A stretch of DNA of 54,523 nucleotides, counting the filler, from Trypethelium eluteriae (taxonomy: Eukaryota): assembly GCA_051942245.1 (NCBI GenBank). It is 4 parts of 4 records of this genome, joined end to end, with 100 filler letters (N's around TTAATTAATTAA, not from the genome) between each part and the next. Parts side by side here need not be neighbours in the genome. Positions count along the whole stretch, not along the records: positions 1 to 13,577 come from JAVECL010000729.1; positions 13,678 to 27,235 come from JAVECL010000730.1; 2 more parts are not named here. One strand, written 5' to 3'. The notes under the pieces were generated by a model. That model was not told where the DNA came from and did not search any database. It saw nothing but the letters and a program-made list of their open reading frames with translations. Positions 10,947 through 24,530 of the stretch are shown here, in pieces; position 1 is the stretch's first letter, and every line of letters begins with the position of its first letter. Both the position numbers and the translations under genes were made by a program.

Positions 10947-12709
10947 TTTTTTTGTCGTTTGTTGGGAATGTATGTCTGATGCGAGTAAGTCGTGTATGAA
11001 CGCAGGAGGTATGCCTGGAAAGGTCTAGAGAAGCAAGTTGAATTGGAAGGTACTGCATTTCGGGCAACTCTGTTCGTTTTATAGCTGCGTTGGCAATAGA
11101 TTGCGTTCCCTTTAACATCAGTCTTTGTATAGAGACGTAGAGACCGAGCGAGCAAAAGGAGTAAAGGGTCGGGGATTTTTGTAAGGCTCGGGGCCCGAGC
11201 CCAGGAATCCCACCAATCGGACACCGTTCTGTAGATTTCACCATTACCTAAGCCAACTTGTAGAATATACCCTAAAGCCGCTACATCGTTCTTCACATTT
11301 ACTACAATTATATGATGAGGGCGACAATAGGCACTTAGGTACTGTAGACTGTAGGCGTCACTAACCAGTGCCCCACATCAGCCGCCAAGGCTGGAAAGAG
11401 AGAACCAAAAACCAATCAATCAATCGATCAATCAGACTGGATACGAGACTGCAGTTGTCTGATACTGTGACATCGCAAGAGAGGGTCTACGACTGCGGAC
11501 CAACAGCTTGACTTCCAAAGATATCGAGAAAGTCCGCTGTACGCCTGCTGCGTTCTGTTTGATGACGTAGTTGCCTCTTTGGAAAACTGATCTTCACAAG
11601 ACGAAACGCAATCGGAAGTCTTACATGTCAACTGCTCGTTAAATGAAGTTAGTCCCGTATATGGTTGAAGGGAGGCAAGCCTCTGCCCCTCGAATTTGAT
11701 GGGATTCAAGGATCTTGTCTAACCAAAAGCAATGAACCTTATGGCTCCAGGAGAAGGAAGGTATTGGAGACGTTGTCGGCAACGCTAGAACCGGCTCACA
11801 TCCGACCCGTGGTCCAATAGTAAATGTATTGTGTGCTGCTCCAGTCGTATCCAGAACCGAACTCCGTTCGCACTGACCACTGCCCTACCCAGTGGATCAA
11901 CAGGCCAGGACAGGACAGGACAGGGCACTCCTCGGCACGTTGCGCGTAGAGGTAGAGGTTTCCGCCGCCTCGCGCCCTGCCCCCGCTCACCCGCACGGCC
12001 CATCCTTACACACCCCTCGACCTAAATTTTAAATTTAAAGAGCTTTGGAATATTAGTTATTAAGACAACAGAGTTTGAAATTCAATGATTCTTGATGCAA
12101 AAGGGGTGGATCGTGTAGGTTGGGGGATAAAGTCGTATCCCACCCAACCTCTTCGCTTTGTCGGTCAGGAATTGTTCCGCATCTGATGCCAAGAAAATTT
12201 CGTTGTCATGACAACTCAGCATTGCCGAAGGTAAATTTAGCTGTACAAGCTTGGACGTGGACTTGGAGCTCGGTAGTAATGTAAGAATCTACCGCGTCTG
12301 CTGTCTTCGACGTGTTTTAGTGCTTTCCCATCGAATGCAGCATGATGCAGACATCTGATGCAGCAAATTGCGGGATAGAGTAGCGGACCGGCGTGAACAG
12401 TCAGCTTGGAGTCATACCTGAGAGCAGGCTACTCCTCTTGTCACTCAAAAACAGATCGCAGCTCTTCCCCAAAATCTGCGTAATCTTTTACTGAGTAAGC
12501 TGCTAGGGAACCCGTTTCTAGGACGACCTAGTAAAAACCCATCCGTTGCGACCCTTAATCTCGATGACGTCCGTGCCAATAGGGGATTGTCGGAATTCTA
12601 GGAATTGCGAAGCTGAGTGACTCTCTTCAAATTTGCATTACTTAGATCTCTCCGAACTCAAATCGGCGACCATTCGCCTTCCCATCAGCTAACAATTCAG
12701 CGTTTGTCT

Positions 12710-13577
12710 CTAGCTCGACTGCTTAATCAAATATGTCAAGGCACTAAGTGCATACGCATCCACTGCAACTCTTATTGTTGGTTGCAAAACCGGTGCAAAA
12801 AGCGGACTGTGATTGATCGGAAGTTTATCCAATCTTCCCTCCTTCTTTAATTGATCCCAAACTTCAGGGTCTGTACCACTATAAACCCAAAAGCAGCATG
12901 GCCTCTTAATGCTTATACCTAAGATAGCAAAGTCCTTATTACCCCCTAGGCGCGGACTGTCTCATGCAAAGTGCTGTGGTAGCTCCTAAAAATGCTTAGC
13001 AAAAATTGCAGTCAGCCTGTCTATAATCTTCTTATTATTAAATATTAGTAGAAACTTTTTTGTCTTTCGGAATTCCGGCTGTTTTAGTGCTTTAAACGCG
13101 TCACACTTAGCTCTTACAATCCTTTTTACAGATTTCAGCACTCACTTACAAGTGGAAGTATTAATAACATAAATATTAACTTTTATTATTGCTAATCCAG
13201 GAATAATATTTTTAGCATCTCTAATAATAATACTGCCAACTGTAACCACTGCAAGATTATTAGGCGCAACTTTATAAAACACAATGGTTTAGAGTCGCGT
13301 TATGGCGGATGCGGCCATCACAACCGGATTAATTAAGCGATGGGGTTGCGAGGCGTAACTTCCGCGCCCGTGAAGCGTGATGTGAAGGCTGTCGGCGGAG
13401 GAGGCCATAAAATTTTTGCGAAGGAAGATAGTACCTGACAGAGTCAACGTATTTCATAAGCCTCAGCGTACCTTATACACGGCCAGATGGCTCCGTCAAA
13501 TTCCGCAAGAAGGATCATCGCACTCGCGCATACTGGCGGACAGTCCGAAATTAACACTCACCAGCACGATACGGCAT
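12710..13577 (-). pseudogene. RIP-mutated peptidase M20/amidohydrolase, 3' half (5' part lost at contig end)
   Basis: After removing a GTGAGT..CAG intron (13435-13561), translation gives MPYRAGT...ADSLHITLHGRGSYASQPHRLINPVVMAASAITRL*TIV...AVVTVGSI...NIIP...GGNKDFAILG...LPINHSPLFAPVLQPT...*. These are M20 motifs (GxGGH.S.PH, NIIP, GSEDF, NHSP.F) carrying several stops and G>A/C>T changes. Confidence 0.85.
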
Positions 13578-13677
13578 NNNNNNNNNNNNNNNNNNNNNNN
13601 NNNNNNNNNNNNNNNNNNNNNTTAATTAATTAANNNNNNNNNNNNNNNNNNNNNNNNNNNNNNNNNNNNNNNNNNNN
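13578..13677. other. Artificial contig linker
   Basis: 44 N + TTAATTAATTAA (stops in all six frames) + 44 N. Confidence 0.98.
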
Positions 13678-14456
13678 GTGGGGGATGGTGGAGGAGGCTA
13701 GTGTGGAGGATATTTTAGGAGAGAGGGTGGGTCGAGTGGAGGGCAAGGCGGCTGGATAGTTGGGGCATCTGGAGACTATTGGGCGAGGGATCGGAAGGCA
13801 GCCGATTGTGGCTGGAGGCAGTCGATAAGATTGCACAGTTCAACCCATAAGCTGTTCGGGGACGATACGGCTTGGTCGTAACTGTTGATGGCAAGATAAG
13901 TTGTTGTCAGGTCTCTGCGTCTCCACAAGGGCGAGATTGCAAGCAAACGGGGTAGGGCAGAGGATCAAGATATGTCGTGGAGACAACATGTCATACTTCC
14001 AGTGTGTCGCATAACTATGGCGCCTAAAGGTTGTCCCCTGTAATAGAGAGAAATGCAATCATGCTCTGCTACAACAAGTCGACAGATCACTCAGCAAAGA
14101 AATGGTGAAAAGCATCTGCAATCGATTAGATTAGCTACTTGGCTAGACTGGTGCACCTTCGAGTAACAGCTGCAGAAATTACAGAACCTGGAAGAGAGCG
14201 ACTGAGATCCGCAGAGCATGAAGGGACTAGATGAGTGTCGTTGGAAAGCAACCATAGCATGCACCAGTCCTAGCCGTCATAACCATCTATATGAGGGTAT
14301 CATCCAACGCCAGCCCCGCCGAGAGCCCATGACTCATCCCTAGAAGCAACGTAAACACAGAGGTTCCGGCCGAAGCAAGAAATAATTTGGCAATCGTTAG
14401 CGACCAGTCTCTTGGTCTAGAGTGGCTTTGACGGGGCGTGGCGTGGCGTGGTAGAC

Positions 14457-15164
14457 TTAGAAGCCATGGACCTGGAACATTTTCGGTCAGCAGTTAGAAC
14501 CGGATAGGGTGCGTTCGAAGGAAATACGACATGCGACCATACGACTTACCTTGATGGTCTTAGCATCTAGTCCTAACCCTTCCTTCTCATTGGTGAGAAA
14601 CTCCTGCACGTTCTTACGCTGATCGCCTTGGAGCTGGATCACCTCGCCCATCTCAGTGTCGTTGACGATGGTGCCATTGCAGGCGAACTCTTTCTTGATG
14701 ACCTTCAGGATCTTCTTCTGGTCGAATTTCTTAGGCAAGCCTTGGACCGTAGTCAAGGTCTTACGACCATTGCGCTCTATCCGAAAACTCCGTCATCAGC
14801 AGTCGGCGATGATATTGAGGATGAAGTCGCTCGGATTACGGTGTCCATGGTGACTGGAGAGGCAGGGACTCACGCTGAATGCGAATATGAATGTAGTTCC
14901 CTTGGGACTGCTTCTGTTCGCCTGTGTCTTCGTCGGCCTCGGCGAACGGGTCTGTATTGAAGGTGGGGTTAGCCAACGCGATTTGCAACAAAGATTATCC
15001 AAAGTGATGTGAGAAATGCAAAGATTCGATTGGGTGGTGGACAGGACTGAGTAAGTGCAGGAGCCTATGGTGGGGGGGAATAGCGATCGCGGTAATGTGA
15101 AAAGCGGCGTGAGGTGGGGAAGTAGGAGCGTACCGAAGGTCTTGAGATTTTCGATAGTTGACAT
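14457..15164 (-). CDS. SUI1: Translation initiation factor eIF1; exons 15164-15134, 14951-14874, 14776-14550, 14471-14457
   Basis: Spliced product MSTIENLKTFDPFAEADED...YIHIRIQQRNGRKTLTTVQGLPKKFDQKKILKVIKKEFACNG...IQLQGDQRK...IKVHGF*. Three GT-AG introns with branch sites. Confidence 0.97.
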
Positions 15165-15770
15165 AAACTCGTTTGTAGTGCAGGAACCTCTCTTAAAGTA
15201 AGTTGGTATAAAGTTCGCGGTGATCTGGAGTCGAAGAGAACTGGAGACTGATTGCTTTGGAGTGGAGAGTGGAGAGTTGCAGGTGTTTAGTAGGTGAGTG
15301 GCACAAAGAGAGCGAAGGGCTCAAGAGGCTGAGCAGTTACCGGCGGAGGAACTTCCTTCCCCCGATAGCGCTAGACCTCTTCTAGAAACATCATCGGACC
15401 CTGACTTTACCGCGCTTGCTTCGCTGAATGTACTGTTTGCTGCGTGTCATGAAGCATGGCAATAGTATTCCATACCTCACAATGTGCAAAAAGTGGAAAC
15501 GGAACCAAATAAATGTTATGTGATGGCTCTCAAGATGCCGAAAGACTGTCTACCGCGATGGCCGAGAAGATGGGCTTCACCTGCGAAAGCTTACACACGA
15601 TTCACTGCCATTGGCTCTATCCTGAGATAAATCTAGGTAATACATTACATAGAACTAGGCGCTAACCCTGTTGCGACGGGCATTGTGCTGTGCTACGAGC
15701 ATCGGCGTGTGCTTGTCATTTAGTCAATCGACACAATGTGAATAAACCTCTGCATGACAAAGATGTATTT

Positions 15771-16537
15771 CTAGGATGGGGGTGCTGGTGGAGGTGCGCC
15801 TGTTCCCGTGGTAGCGCCACCCTGACGACCGGACTGCGGGGGTAGAAAAAGAGGCATGTATGACTGCGAATCAAGAACAATCTGCTTCAGTATCGCGTGC
15901 TTCACCAGCATAGAGGCATGACTTACCACCATAGTGGCCATTACTGGAACACTCGTTAGTAGCTAGTCCTGGTAGTGGGAAGTGTAACGTTGCACTCACA
16001 GGCCATGCCGACGGAAAAGTAGGTAGGTGTAGTCGCCGTCTTCTTCTGCTCAGGGGTCTCGGCCAACCACGCCTGCAGAGCAATAATGACGGACGTCCTG
16101 CAATAGTTGAGTACTGACAAGGGTTGGAAGAGGCACAGCAAGACATGCTTACCATCCTACAAGCCTGTTCGTTACGGGACGTTAGACAATGCTTATACAA
16201 GATAGAAGGATTTTGGAGGTTGGCGCGTACTTATTCCTAGTGAATATCTAAGCAAACCCATCAGCAGATTCTCCTTGAAGCTCTTGAAACTCTCAGAAGA
16301 AGCACTTACCGCCACCATAGGCAACGTACTTGACATTGTACCTGAACCAAATTAGCACGTGCTCGAAGAAAATTGACAACGGGTCAGGAGGGCTCTACTT
16401 GTAACATCGGTCTCGTCCTTGCTCTTCTGCGGTTCCCGGTACGGAACGACTAAGTCACATGAGTAATCAGTCGAAGGTCCCTAACTCCGAAGCTTACTCA
16501 AGTCTGCTCTCCTCATGTCTTTCTTGGAAGATGCCAT
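15771..16537 (-). CDS. Small membrane protein, Asterix/WDR83OS (UPF0139, PAT complex)-like; 8 exons
   Basis: Manual splicing gives MASSKKDMRRADLIVPYREPQKSKDETDVTSTMSSTLPMVAIFTRNKLVGWTSVIIALQAWLAETPEQKKTATTPTYFSVGMALMATMVSYMPLFLPP...*. Seven GT-AG introns preserve the frame. Confidence 0.75.
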
Positions 16538-17488
16538 TGTTGTAAGCTCTTTGGGGAGACCGGTAAAATCAATACCAGCGGGAAGAGGATCTATGATCAA
16601 AGTCGTAATCGGGTAATATGGAACTCAAGCCTTCGGTAGAAATTGCTTGATTGGTAGCAGAATGAAGAGTGCTGAAGGCGTGACCGGACCTCATACACCA
16701 AATACGGGGTGACAAGACGTCGTCGTCCCACTGGCCGGGGTTCGGAGGTCGCCACGGTCGCTAGGGCGATGGCTTGCATGGAAAGGAGCAATCCATGCAC
16801 CACCATGCGCCCATGCCAGGCCGCCATACCTATCTTGAACCGACTTCTCCGATCACCAACGCGTGCTGAGCACCAGAGCAAACCTCAGCTTGTATAGCCG
16901 CAGGGGTGGCTGGAGCAGGTGGGAAATAGTCCGATAGATGGGATCGATGTATGCCAGAGATTCCCGAGGTTCGCCCTCGAAACAGTTACCACGGCATGGG
17001 TCTGTCCCCAATTTCTGATCGAGTGATCGAGAGTGTTCACCGTGCTGTAGGCGGCTAAACGGCTAGCCTGAACAACTCTGGAGCATCTCGGCGGTCCCAG
17101 CTGGGAGGACTGAGGAGTGGGCCCGCGGATACAGCCGCCGACGCCACAATTTCGCAGTCGTCAAAGTTCCCGGCTTGCCCGAACCCAGCGCGAGTCCAGT
17201 GTAAGCTGCCATCTGCAACCTAACTTACCACGCTTATCCGAAGGTTCCCTACTCGTGGAACCGCATCATCTATCTTCGACTCCTTAAGCACCCATTCCAG
17301 AGCTGGTCACCCGAGCTAAGATTTCCAAGCCTCGCACCTCCCACCACAACCCACATCCTTGGTCTTGCTAGACTACCGTGACAGCTCATGTACCATCTTC
17401 TTGTCGTTACTCACCTCCATTCTTCGCCGTCCCGAGCCAAATGCGCACATGATAAGGGTAGTTATGCCGGCAACGTTTTACGCCTGCT

Positions 17489-20400
17489 ATGAACTCACGT
17501 CCTACGGCGGGGATACAATCACATCCTTCGCATCAGGTCGCCAATGACGGAATTCAGCGCCCACCGACAATCCCACGGGTCAACTCTCATACCAGCTCAG
17601 CCTCGGCCCAGCTACCAGGCCCCGTCGTTGACCTGAAATCCGAAGGAGACAAAGGTTGGTCTTGTGGGAAGAAAGAGACGGAAGCAAAGGCAGGCACACT
17701 CAGGAATGAGCTTCGTGACGGAGATGGATCTGTCGGGGGATCGCAGCCTGAACTTGGCGCCAGCAAACAAGATCTTGAGCCTTCGGACTTGGGAAAGGGA
17801 GATCAAGCCTTCCACTCGACGCCTACCCATGATCAGAGCAACGTATCTCGATCCCACCCTTTGCTAGCCTTTCCCATGCGTCCAGGCAATTCGAGATCAA
17901 TGAACAATGCTGGAGGGGCCAATCACGAAGCGTCGCAGGCCACAACACCTCAAAACACTGGTATAGATCCTCCTGCATTTGCGACTCTGCTTCCGGGAGA
18001 CAATTTCTGGCAGGCGGGAAGCAGTAATGACAAGACCCGTCGTGGTGCATGCAAAGTAGCCGATTTCTTCTCGTGGCAAGCGAAGCATCCTGAAGATGCC
18101 CTAACGGAACATGTCATCAAGTCTGGTTTCTTCGACAAGCCGTCGAACCCCTCGTATGAGACGAACACGGCAAGACCATCCTTATGGTCTCATCTTAAGA
18201 GCAAGCAAGGACTTCAGACACTGTCATCCCTTTTGGTGACTGTGTTGGAGAAACGGCAAGGTGTGGGTCATATCACAACTGGCTCCACTTTCAAACCCCC
18301 ACCACGAATAACGATGCCCGACACGAGGAGGGAGTCTTGGCTGCGTGACTTGGCGAATCCTAACGTGCCGGTTCGGCGGCAAAGTAAACATGTGCCTCAT
18401 GGCATCAAGGGCAAAGCACTACTGGAACAATGTCTTAACAAGAATATCCCGATTCCTAGGGCGGTATGGCTTGTGAAGTGCATCGGAGCCAACGAGATAC
18501 GAGGTCTTAAACGTAGGGGCGTCAGCGGTGCCTTCGCCATGGGCGGAGAGTTGAAATGGGTCAAAGAGTGGACTGTGTTCGTGCAACAATTCATCGACTC
18601 TCTCATTGGTCTCTGCGGGCAGCAGGGTTGGCAACAGAAAATGCAATACGGGTAAGCTATCATGGTCGCCTATCGAATTTCCAAAAGATGAGCGCCTAAC
18701 ATTGACAGCACTCGACTCGCTACTCAAATCTTTGAGGAACGTCTTCTGGATCGGGAGCAATACCTTGACTGGCTGCTCACTTCTCTTGAGACCGCAAAGC
18801 ACCAGCAAATTCCTATGTGGTTATTACTTGCCCAGATTTATTGGAGATATCTTGTTTCAAACCGCCAGCGTGGGAAGAGGTTGGCAGAAGCTTTATTGGG
18901 CCACCTCGACTCGGTAAGTCCTACTATCGCTCGTTTACGCAAATGCTTGCTAATCGTTCCTTCATCTCAGATACTGGCCGAAGGTGTCGATACAGTCTAC
19001 CAAGCCCTCATTGATCGACTTCGAGTACTGCTTGCGACACTCATCGTTTCTCACCGTGGGTGCCTGATCCTGCCTGCAACTTGGGAAAAATACAAGCATT
19101 TGTTCCAAGCACGCGCAGAGCAGTCCTCAGAGCCCAAGCTCATCTACGCCTGTGCAAATCTTGAGAGTCGCAATAAGCGTCTTATCTGCAAGTCATCCGA
19201 GTCTCCGAGCACACATTCCAATCCCACCAGAGCTTTGGTGGCGCTCCTTGATGCCTATGAGCAGAATACCTCATTTAGCGAGCTATCCGTGCAGTGCCTT
19301 GCATTGTTCAGCGACAGACGACAGTTGATTGCGGCCGTCATGACTTGGGCATCCTCGAAATATAGGGCAGGTGACCATCGGCTATACTTAGTTGCCCGCC
19401 TCCTCCGGAATTGGCAAGCCGCCAAAGTCGACTTGGATGATGCGATGCTGTCTTTCTTGAGGTTCTCTGCAATCTCAGTCTCACTATGTCAAACCAATAT
19501 TTTCCGCATTCTAGCCGAGCTAGTACGTTCAGGCCATTTCTCTATGGGTCGTTACCTGCAATGGCTTGTCTCAGAAGGATGTCTAGTAGAAGACAACGAA
19601 GTAAGCTCCTCAGCGAATGCTCTTAATGACCGGTTATCTTGTGCTAATTCTCTTGAAGTGTAAATTCTTCCACATGCAGCTTTTAGCCGAACTTCCTACG
19701 CAGCGACTACCAAAACATATCGTCAATCTCAGACAATCGCTATTGCAAGCGAATCGCGGGTTTGCTCATCAGAACCACGATAGTGGAGATGACTTTACAG
19801 CACTATCACAGCGCGTCCCGAATCTCTTCTTACGAACCGGAGCAGACCCTACCGTTGTCTCCGTCAAACATCTTAATATTCCAACAAAATTAGAGTTAGG
19901 CCGGCGATTGCGACAACGAATCCAGGAGCTTACAAAGCCTAATGATCTGTATGATTCATGCTAATTTTGGAAAAGTCTGTTTCTGACGAATGTGACAGCT
20001 CAAAGCTCAAGGCCAGAGCAGATGAACCCACGGTTTCGGAAGAAGTCTCGGCAATATCGAACGAAGACTTCTGTGCATCAAGAGAACTCCTCGAAGACTG
20101 CAACGACTTCGCTATCCTCGCTGACGTGATCAGCGTCACAATTAGTTCGAATGACGAAAGCGTTCTTGCCTCTGTCACAGATACGCTTCACTGCCACGCC
20201 CGAACGTTTGCTGCCATCGGAGCTTTCAATCCCCTTTCAAAAATCATCATCGAGAGATATTGCTATCTTCGAATGCGTAGAGCGACTTCGAGAGACTTCC
20301 TTCTTACCCTACGAGATTTGATACCAATTATTCAATGTGACCCAAGGATACCACTCTTGGTTGAGCGCGATCTAGCTCGCTGCGATCAAAAGACAGCTGT

Positions 20401-22398
20401 CGCTGTCTGCTCGCCAGTGTCGGACACGAATGAGACCCTGCAACCTTCCAAGCTCGATCCCAACGAAGAGATTGAGCGAATCTTTTTATCTGGCAATTCT
20501 ATGGACGAGCCTACAATGTCTCGCCTCTTTCAGAAGATCGCTGCACGAATGAAGCAACATGTCAATCTCAAAGGCAAAGGCGTCGAAGCTGCTAACTTCA
20601 GTTGTTGGCTGTATTGGTTGAGAACGTTTGACGAAAAGAAGTTCGAATTGCTCGTTCATAATTGGCTTTTGGTACTGCTCGAAGAGGGCCACAGAGAACA
20701 TCTTCATCACGCTCTGTGTTCTCTGGCTGGAGCTGGCTGTCTATCACTGGGATCTTTCATTGATTCAACCGCCGTGTTGCAACACCAGAATAAGCTCCAG
20801 CTCGGTCTCAACTTATCTCATTCTACGATAGAAGATACATCTGCATTGGTCCTCAACATGTTGATACCCCAAAACGTCCCTTTATTACCTTATCTACATG
20901 CTCCCGTAAGTGGACACACCTTATTGCAATTTCCGCACTGACAATAGTCATAGGATGCATACCGCCTTCGCGTCTCTCAACAGATGTATTGCCGAAATAA
21001 TTCTAAGACAGTACTCGGTCTTGTACAACGAGCACTTGGCTCGACAGATATAGCGACCATTGGTGAGGCACTCAATGATAGAGTTCTCGGGTTTGTGGCG
21101 CAACACTTAGCCTTGGATTCAAATGCGGTCATAACAGCCTTTGAGCCGAGCAGGGGGAGCGCACCCGTTGCGTTGGATACGAAGAGACTGGCTGACAAGA
21201 TGGTCGAAGCTGGTGGTTCATCTGGTATGGGAATCAAACTATGTTTCTGTTTCTCAATTCTGATCATCGCAGGTTTTGCACAACTATCATTTCGGGATCA
21301 AGTAGGAAAACTGGTTGAGCTTGCTGACGATTTGTCTCTGCCCGTTTCCATCCTGGCTCTTCGTCAACTTTCCAGAATCTTTGAGCTAGATCCTTCGAAA
21401 TTTTCCGAATCCGACGCTAATGGCAGCGAGGTCTTTTCAATTGCACTCGAAGCAGTCGTCGGCGCTGGCTCTTCAACCTGGCCTGATCTCCTCCAGGTCA
21501 TGCCATTGGAAATCGCGCAAAAGGTTTGTTCTACTGCCTTTCCTCATGGAGATTCATACCCTAATGTTGAAAACAGGTCCGAGAGCATGCTGAAGATACC
21601 ATCCTGTCAATTTCTAGCAGCGCTGTTGGCGAAACCGATCTCGAGGCAGAGCAAAATGCCAAAGCACTCGAGCGATTTATGTCGCTCGTAGAGGCGACTT
21701 CGCAAATCCCTGTTTCACCAGAGCGCGCCGCTTTTGCGGAAACACTAACAAGACAACTCAAAGCGATCGCAGAAACAATCATCAGACCCGAAGACCACCT
21801 CAAAGACGTCAATGGCTCAACACCATCTTTCGTCCACCTCATCCCCCACAAACGCCCCTGGCTCAACGCCATCCTCTACCTCATCAACACCAACAAGGCC
21901 CTCTTCTTCTCCGACGGGTCCGCCGCCCCGGACGCCCAGAAACGCCTCGTCGACGTCCTGTGCACCCTCCTCCGCGAGCCACGCCTGCACACCTGCCCCG
22001 ACCTCACCGAACACATCTTCGACCTCCTCGTCTCCTTCTCCGACCACCTCTCCCCAGATCTCCGCTCCCACTTCTCCGAGCTCTATGCCTCTAGCTCGTC
22101 CGCCGACCCGCGCTTCGCCTTCCTCTTCGGCTCGTCCACGCCTCCAGACGCCTGGCTTGCGCTCGCCCAGCCGTGTCCCGTGCCGACGACTCCTGTAGCT
22201 GCGGCGGCGGCGACGGGATCGATGGGGCCGCCGCCGCAGCAGAGCCTCGCGCGCTCGCACCTTGCGACGGCGAAACAGCAGGAGTGGAAGACGACGGCGT
22301 TTGTGCTCAATCGGTGGGAGTTGCTGCAGGCGCCGCCGCCGATTGGTGAGAATGATACGAGTTTGAGCTTGAGCTTGTTTGGGGCGCGGCAGAAGTAG
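17489..22398 (+). CDS. SRB8: Mediator kinase-module subunit Med12, multi-exon
   Basis: Med12 motif FKPPPRITMPDTRRESWLRDLANP...VPHGIKGKALLEQCLNKNIPIPRAVWLVKCIGANE. Consecutive plus-strand ORFs are linked by short GT-AG introns and end in RWELL...GENDTSLSLSLFGARQK*. Confidence 0.93.
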
Positions 22399-22944
22399 AG
22401 AGAAGTTTTGGCTGCTTTATATGTGAGACTTGAGGGAGCGCGTTTTGGATTCTTCTTGGGGCTGAGAGGCGTGGTTCGCTACTTTTTTTTCCCGGCGCGT
22501 TAGTAATGAAATGAAGAGAAGGGTTTGAGGATTTGGCGCTGGAGGGAGTGGCTTATGTGGTGTTCTTGGATGGGTTGGGTACCTATGCATAGCGATGGAT
22601 TGGGTTATTAGTTATTGTCTATTTTCATCTGGGATTTTTCCTTCGTTTGAGGAGGCTGAGAATGCATCGCAGCTTATGATGAATAAGGCGGACTGATGCC
22701 TACGATGTTCTTGTAGAGAGCTCGGTATTTGTATCTTGAAGTGTAATGAAAACATTGCAATAACCTTTGCTCTCATTGTAAAGATGGGATGTATCCAATG
22801 AGTGCTAAGGCAGGGTAATAAGGTGTGGTCTGTGCTCCAGCTTGACACCTGCGCTTCTGAGAAAAAAGATGACGCTCAGTACCAAATACTGATATCCGTC
22901 TACTCTCCCAAGCAACTCACAACGCCCGAATCCTTCGCGCCATT

Positions 22945-24177
22945 ATGGCATGCGCATTTTCAGGATCAAGCCAATGCCTGAGGCAGACGAATTTGGTCAC
23001 CGCGTCTCTCAGAGCCACCCGTCCCTCGCCATACGCCTATACACCCCAGTTCCACTCCTCGAGCACAGCCGCCGTCGGAAAAGCCTCAGATCTCGTCATC
23101 ACTCCTCGGACTCGTCCGGGTCATCCTCAGCTTTCATGCTGTACAAGATGTCCCTCCGCGATTTCCCGCTCACGAACCCAATCTTTCTCAAGCTCCTTCC
23201 CCCGCCGCAGTAAAACCTATCAGACCGTCGAGCAAGCGAAAGCTCGTAACAAACTCGGCGTACGTCTTTCCTCATTTCAAACCTATTTTAGTCTCAGGCC
23301 TTCATCTTGACTAACATTCTTCGACGCTACAGCCCTTTTCCTGGCCAGCGGGCATCCTCTTCCTCCTCGCGGGCGTGGGTATGACCTTCTACTTCCGATC
23401 GGAGAAAGAGCGCATGCAACGGAAAAGGATTGCGGAGATGACCAAGGGGATCGGGAAGCCAAAGGTGGGCGGGGAATTCGAGCTTGTTGATCAGGATGGG
23501 CGGCGGTTTACGAGCGAGGATATGACGGGGAAGTACGCCTTGGTACGTTTGCTCTGAATTGGCAAGTGCGTGAAATAAGAGTGAGAAGTGGGCAGATTGG
23601 AAGCACAGACCAGAATCGCATTTGACGTGGGCGTGGTTGTGAACGTGGCTGGTGGCTAATATGATTGCTTCGCAGATTTACTTCGGCTTCACACACTGTC
23701 CGGATATCTGCCCCGAGGAGCTCGACAAGATGGCTGGCATGATCGATCGCGTTAAGCAGCGTGCGGGTAATGTACTGAGACCAATTGTCATCTCGTGCGA
23801 CCCGGCTCGGGATACTCCAGCCGTGATGAAGAAATATTTAGACGAGTTCCATCCAGATATGATCGGGCTAACGGGAACGTGGGATCAGATCAAGGCGACA
23901 TGTAAGGCTTATCGGGTATATTTTTCTACGCCGCCCGATGTGAAGCCGGGCCAGGATTATTTGGTGGATCATAGCATTTACTTTTACTTAATGGGTAAGA
24001 TTTCTTCTTTGGACGCAATGAGCAATTCCTCAAAGAAATTTGAGACTAACGACTGTATTGATAGATCCGGACGGGGACTTCGTAGAAGCCATAGGTCGGC
24101 AATTTTCCGCTGACGAGGCGGCAAAGCTGATATGTGATCATGTTGGGGATTGGAAAGGTAAATTAGACAAGAATTGA
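22945..24177 (+). CDS. SCO1: Mitochondrial copper chaperone for cytochrome c oxidase assembly; 4 exons
   Basis: Ser/Arg-rich presequence, one TM segment, VGGEFELVDQDG, YFGFTHCPDICPEELDK (CxxxC), DYLVDHSIYFYLMDPDG. Confidence 0.96.
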
Positions 24178-24530
24178 AGAGATGGATGATTCTGAAAGTG
24201 GGAACCTCACCACCATCGTCATTGTATATTTGGATTGACAGTTGGGAGAGGATGGCATGAGAGTAGGCGTTTCGGCGAAGGCCGCATTAATAAGCTGGAC
24301 TGGGCATGCCACCTTCGACAATCCTCGACTCTTCGGCCAGAGAGGAAGGCATTTCTGAGGATCGCTGCCACCTAATAAGGCATTCACATGTAAGATTATG
24401 AGAGCGGCATATGACCATGGACTTGTTAACGGGATCATTACCGTACAGTTGTAGGAAAGTAGACATGGTTTGGACGTCCTGATACAATTTAAGGGCCCTG
24501 ACCAATGATATCTCTTCTCAACTGTCCAGA

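Noticed and set aside
11440..11790. Possible ankyrin/NACHT-like remnant (SPLYACC...)
   Set aside because: Too short and degenerate to support.
16600..17220. Hairpin-rich region with GGTGGGAAAT, resembling RNase P/MRP RNA
   Set aside because: The other conserved regions (CR-IV, CR-V) were not found; more likely the divergent promoter and UTRs of the Asterix-like gene and SRB8. An Rfam scan would settle it.
21800..22398. Abrupt C-rich then G-rich composition in the last SRB8 exon, with long overlapping ORFs
   Set aside because: The protein continues as normal Med12; the overlapping ORFs are GC-rich shadows.
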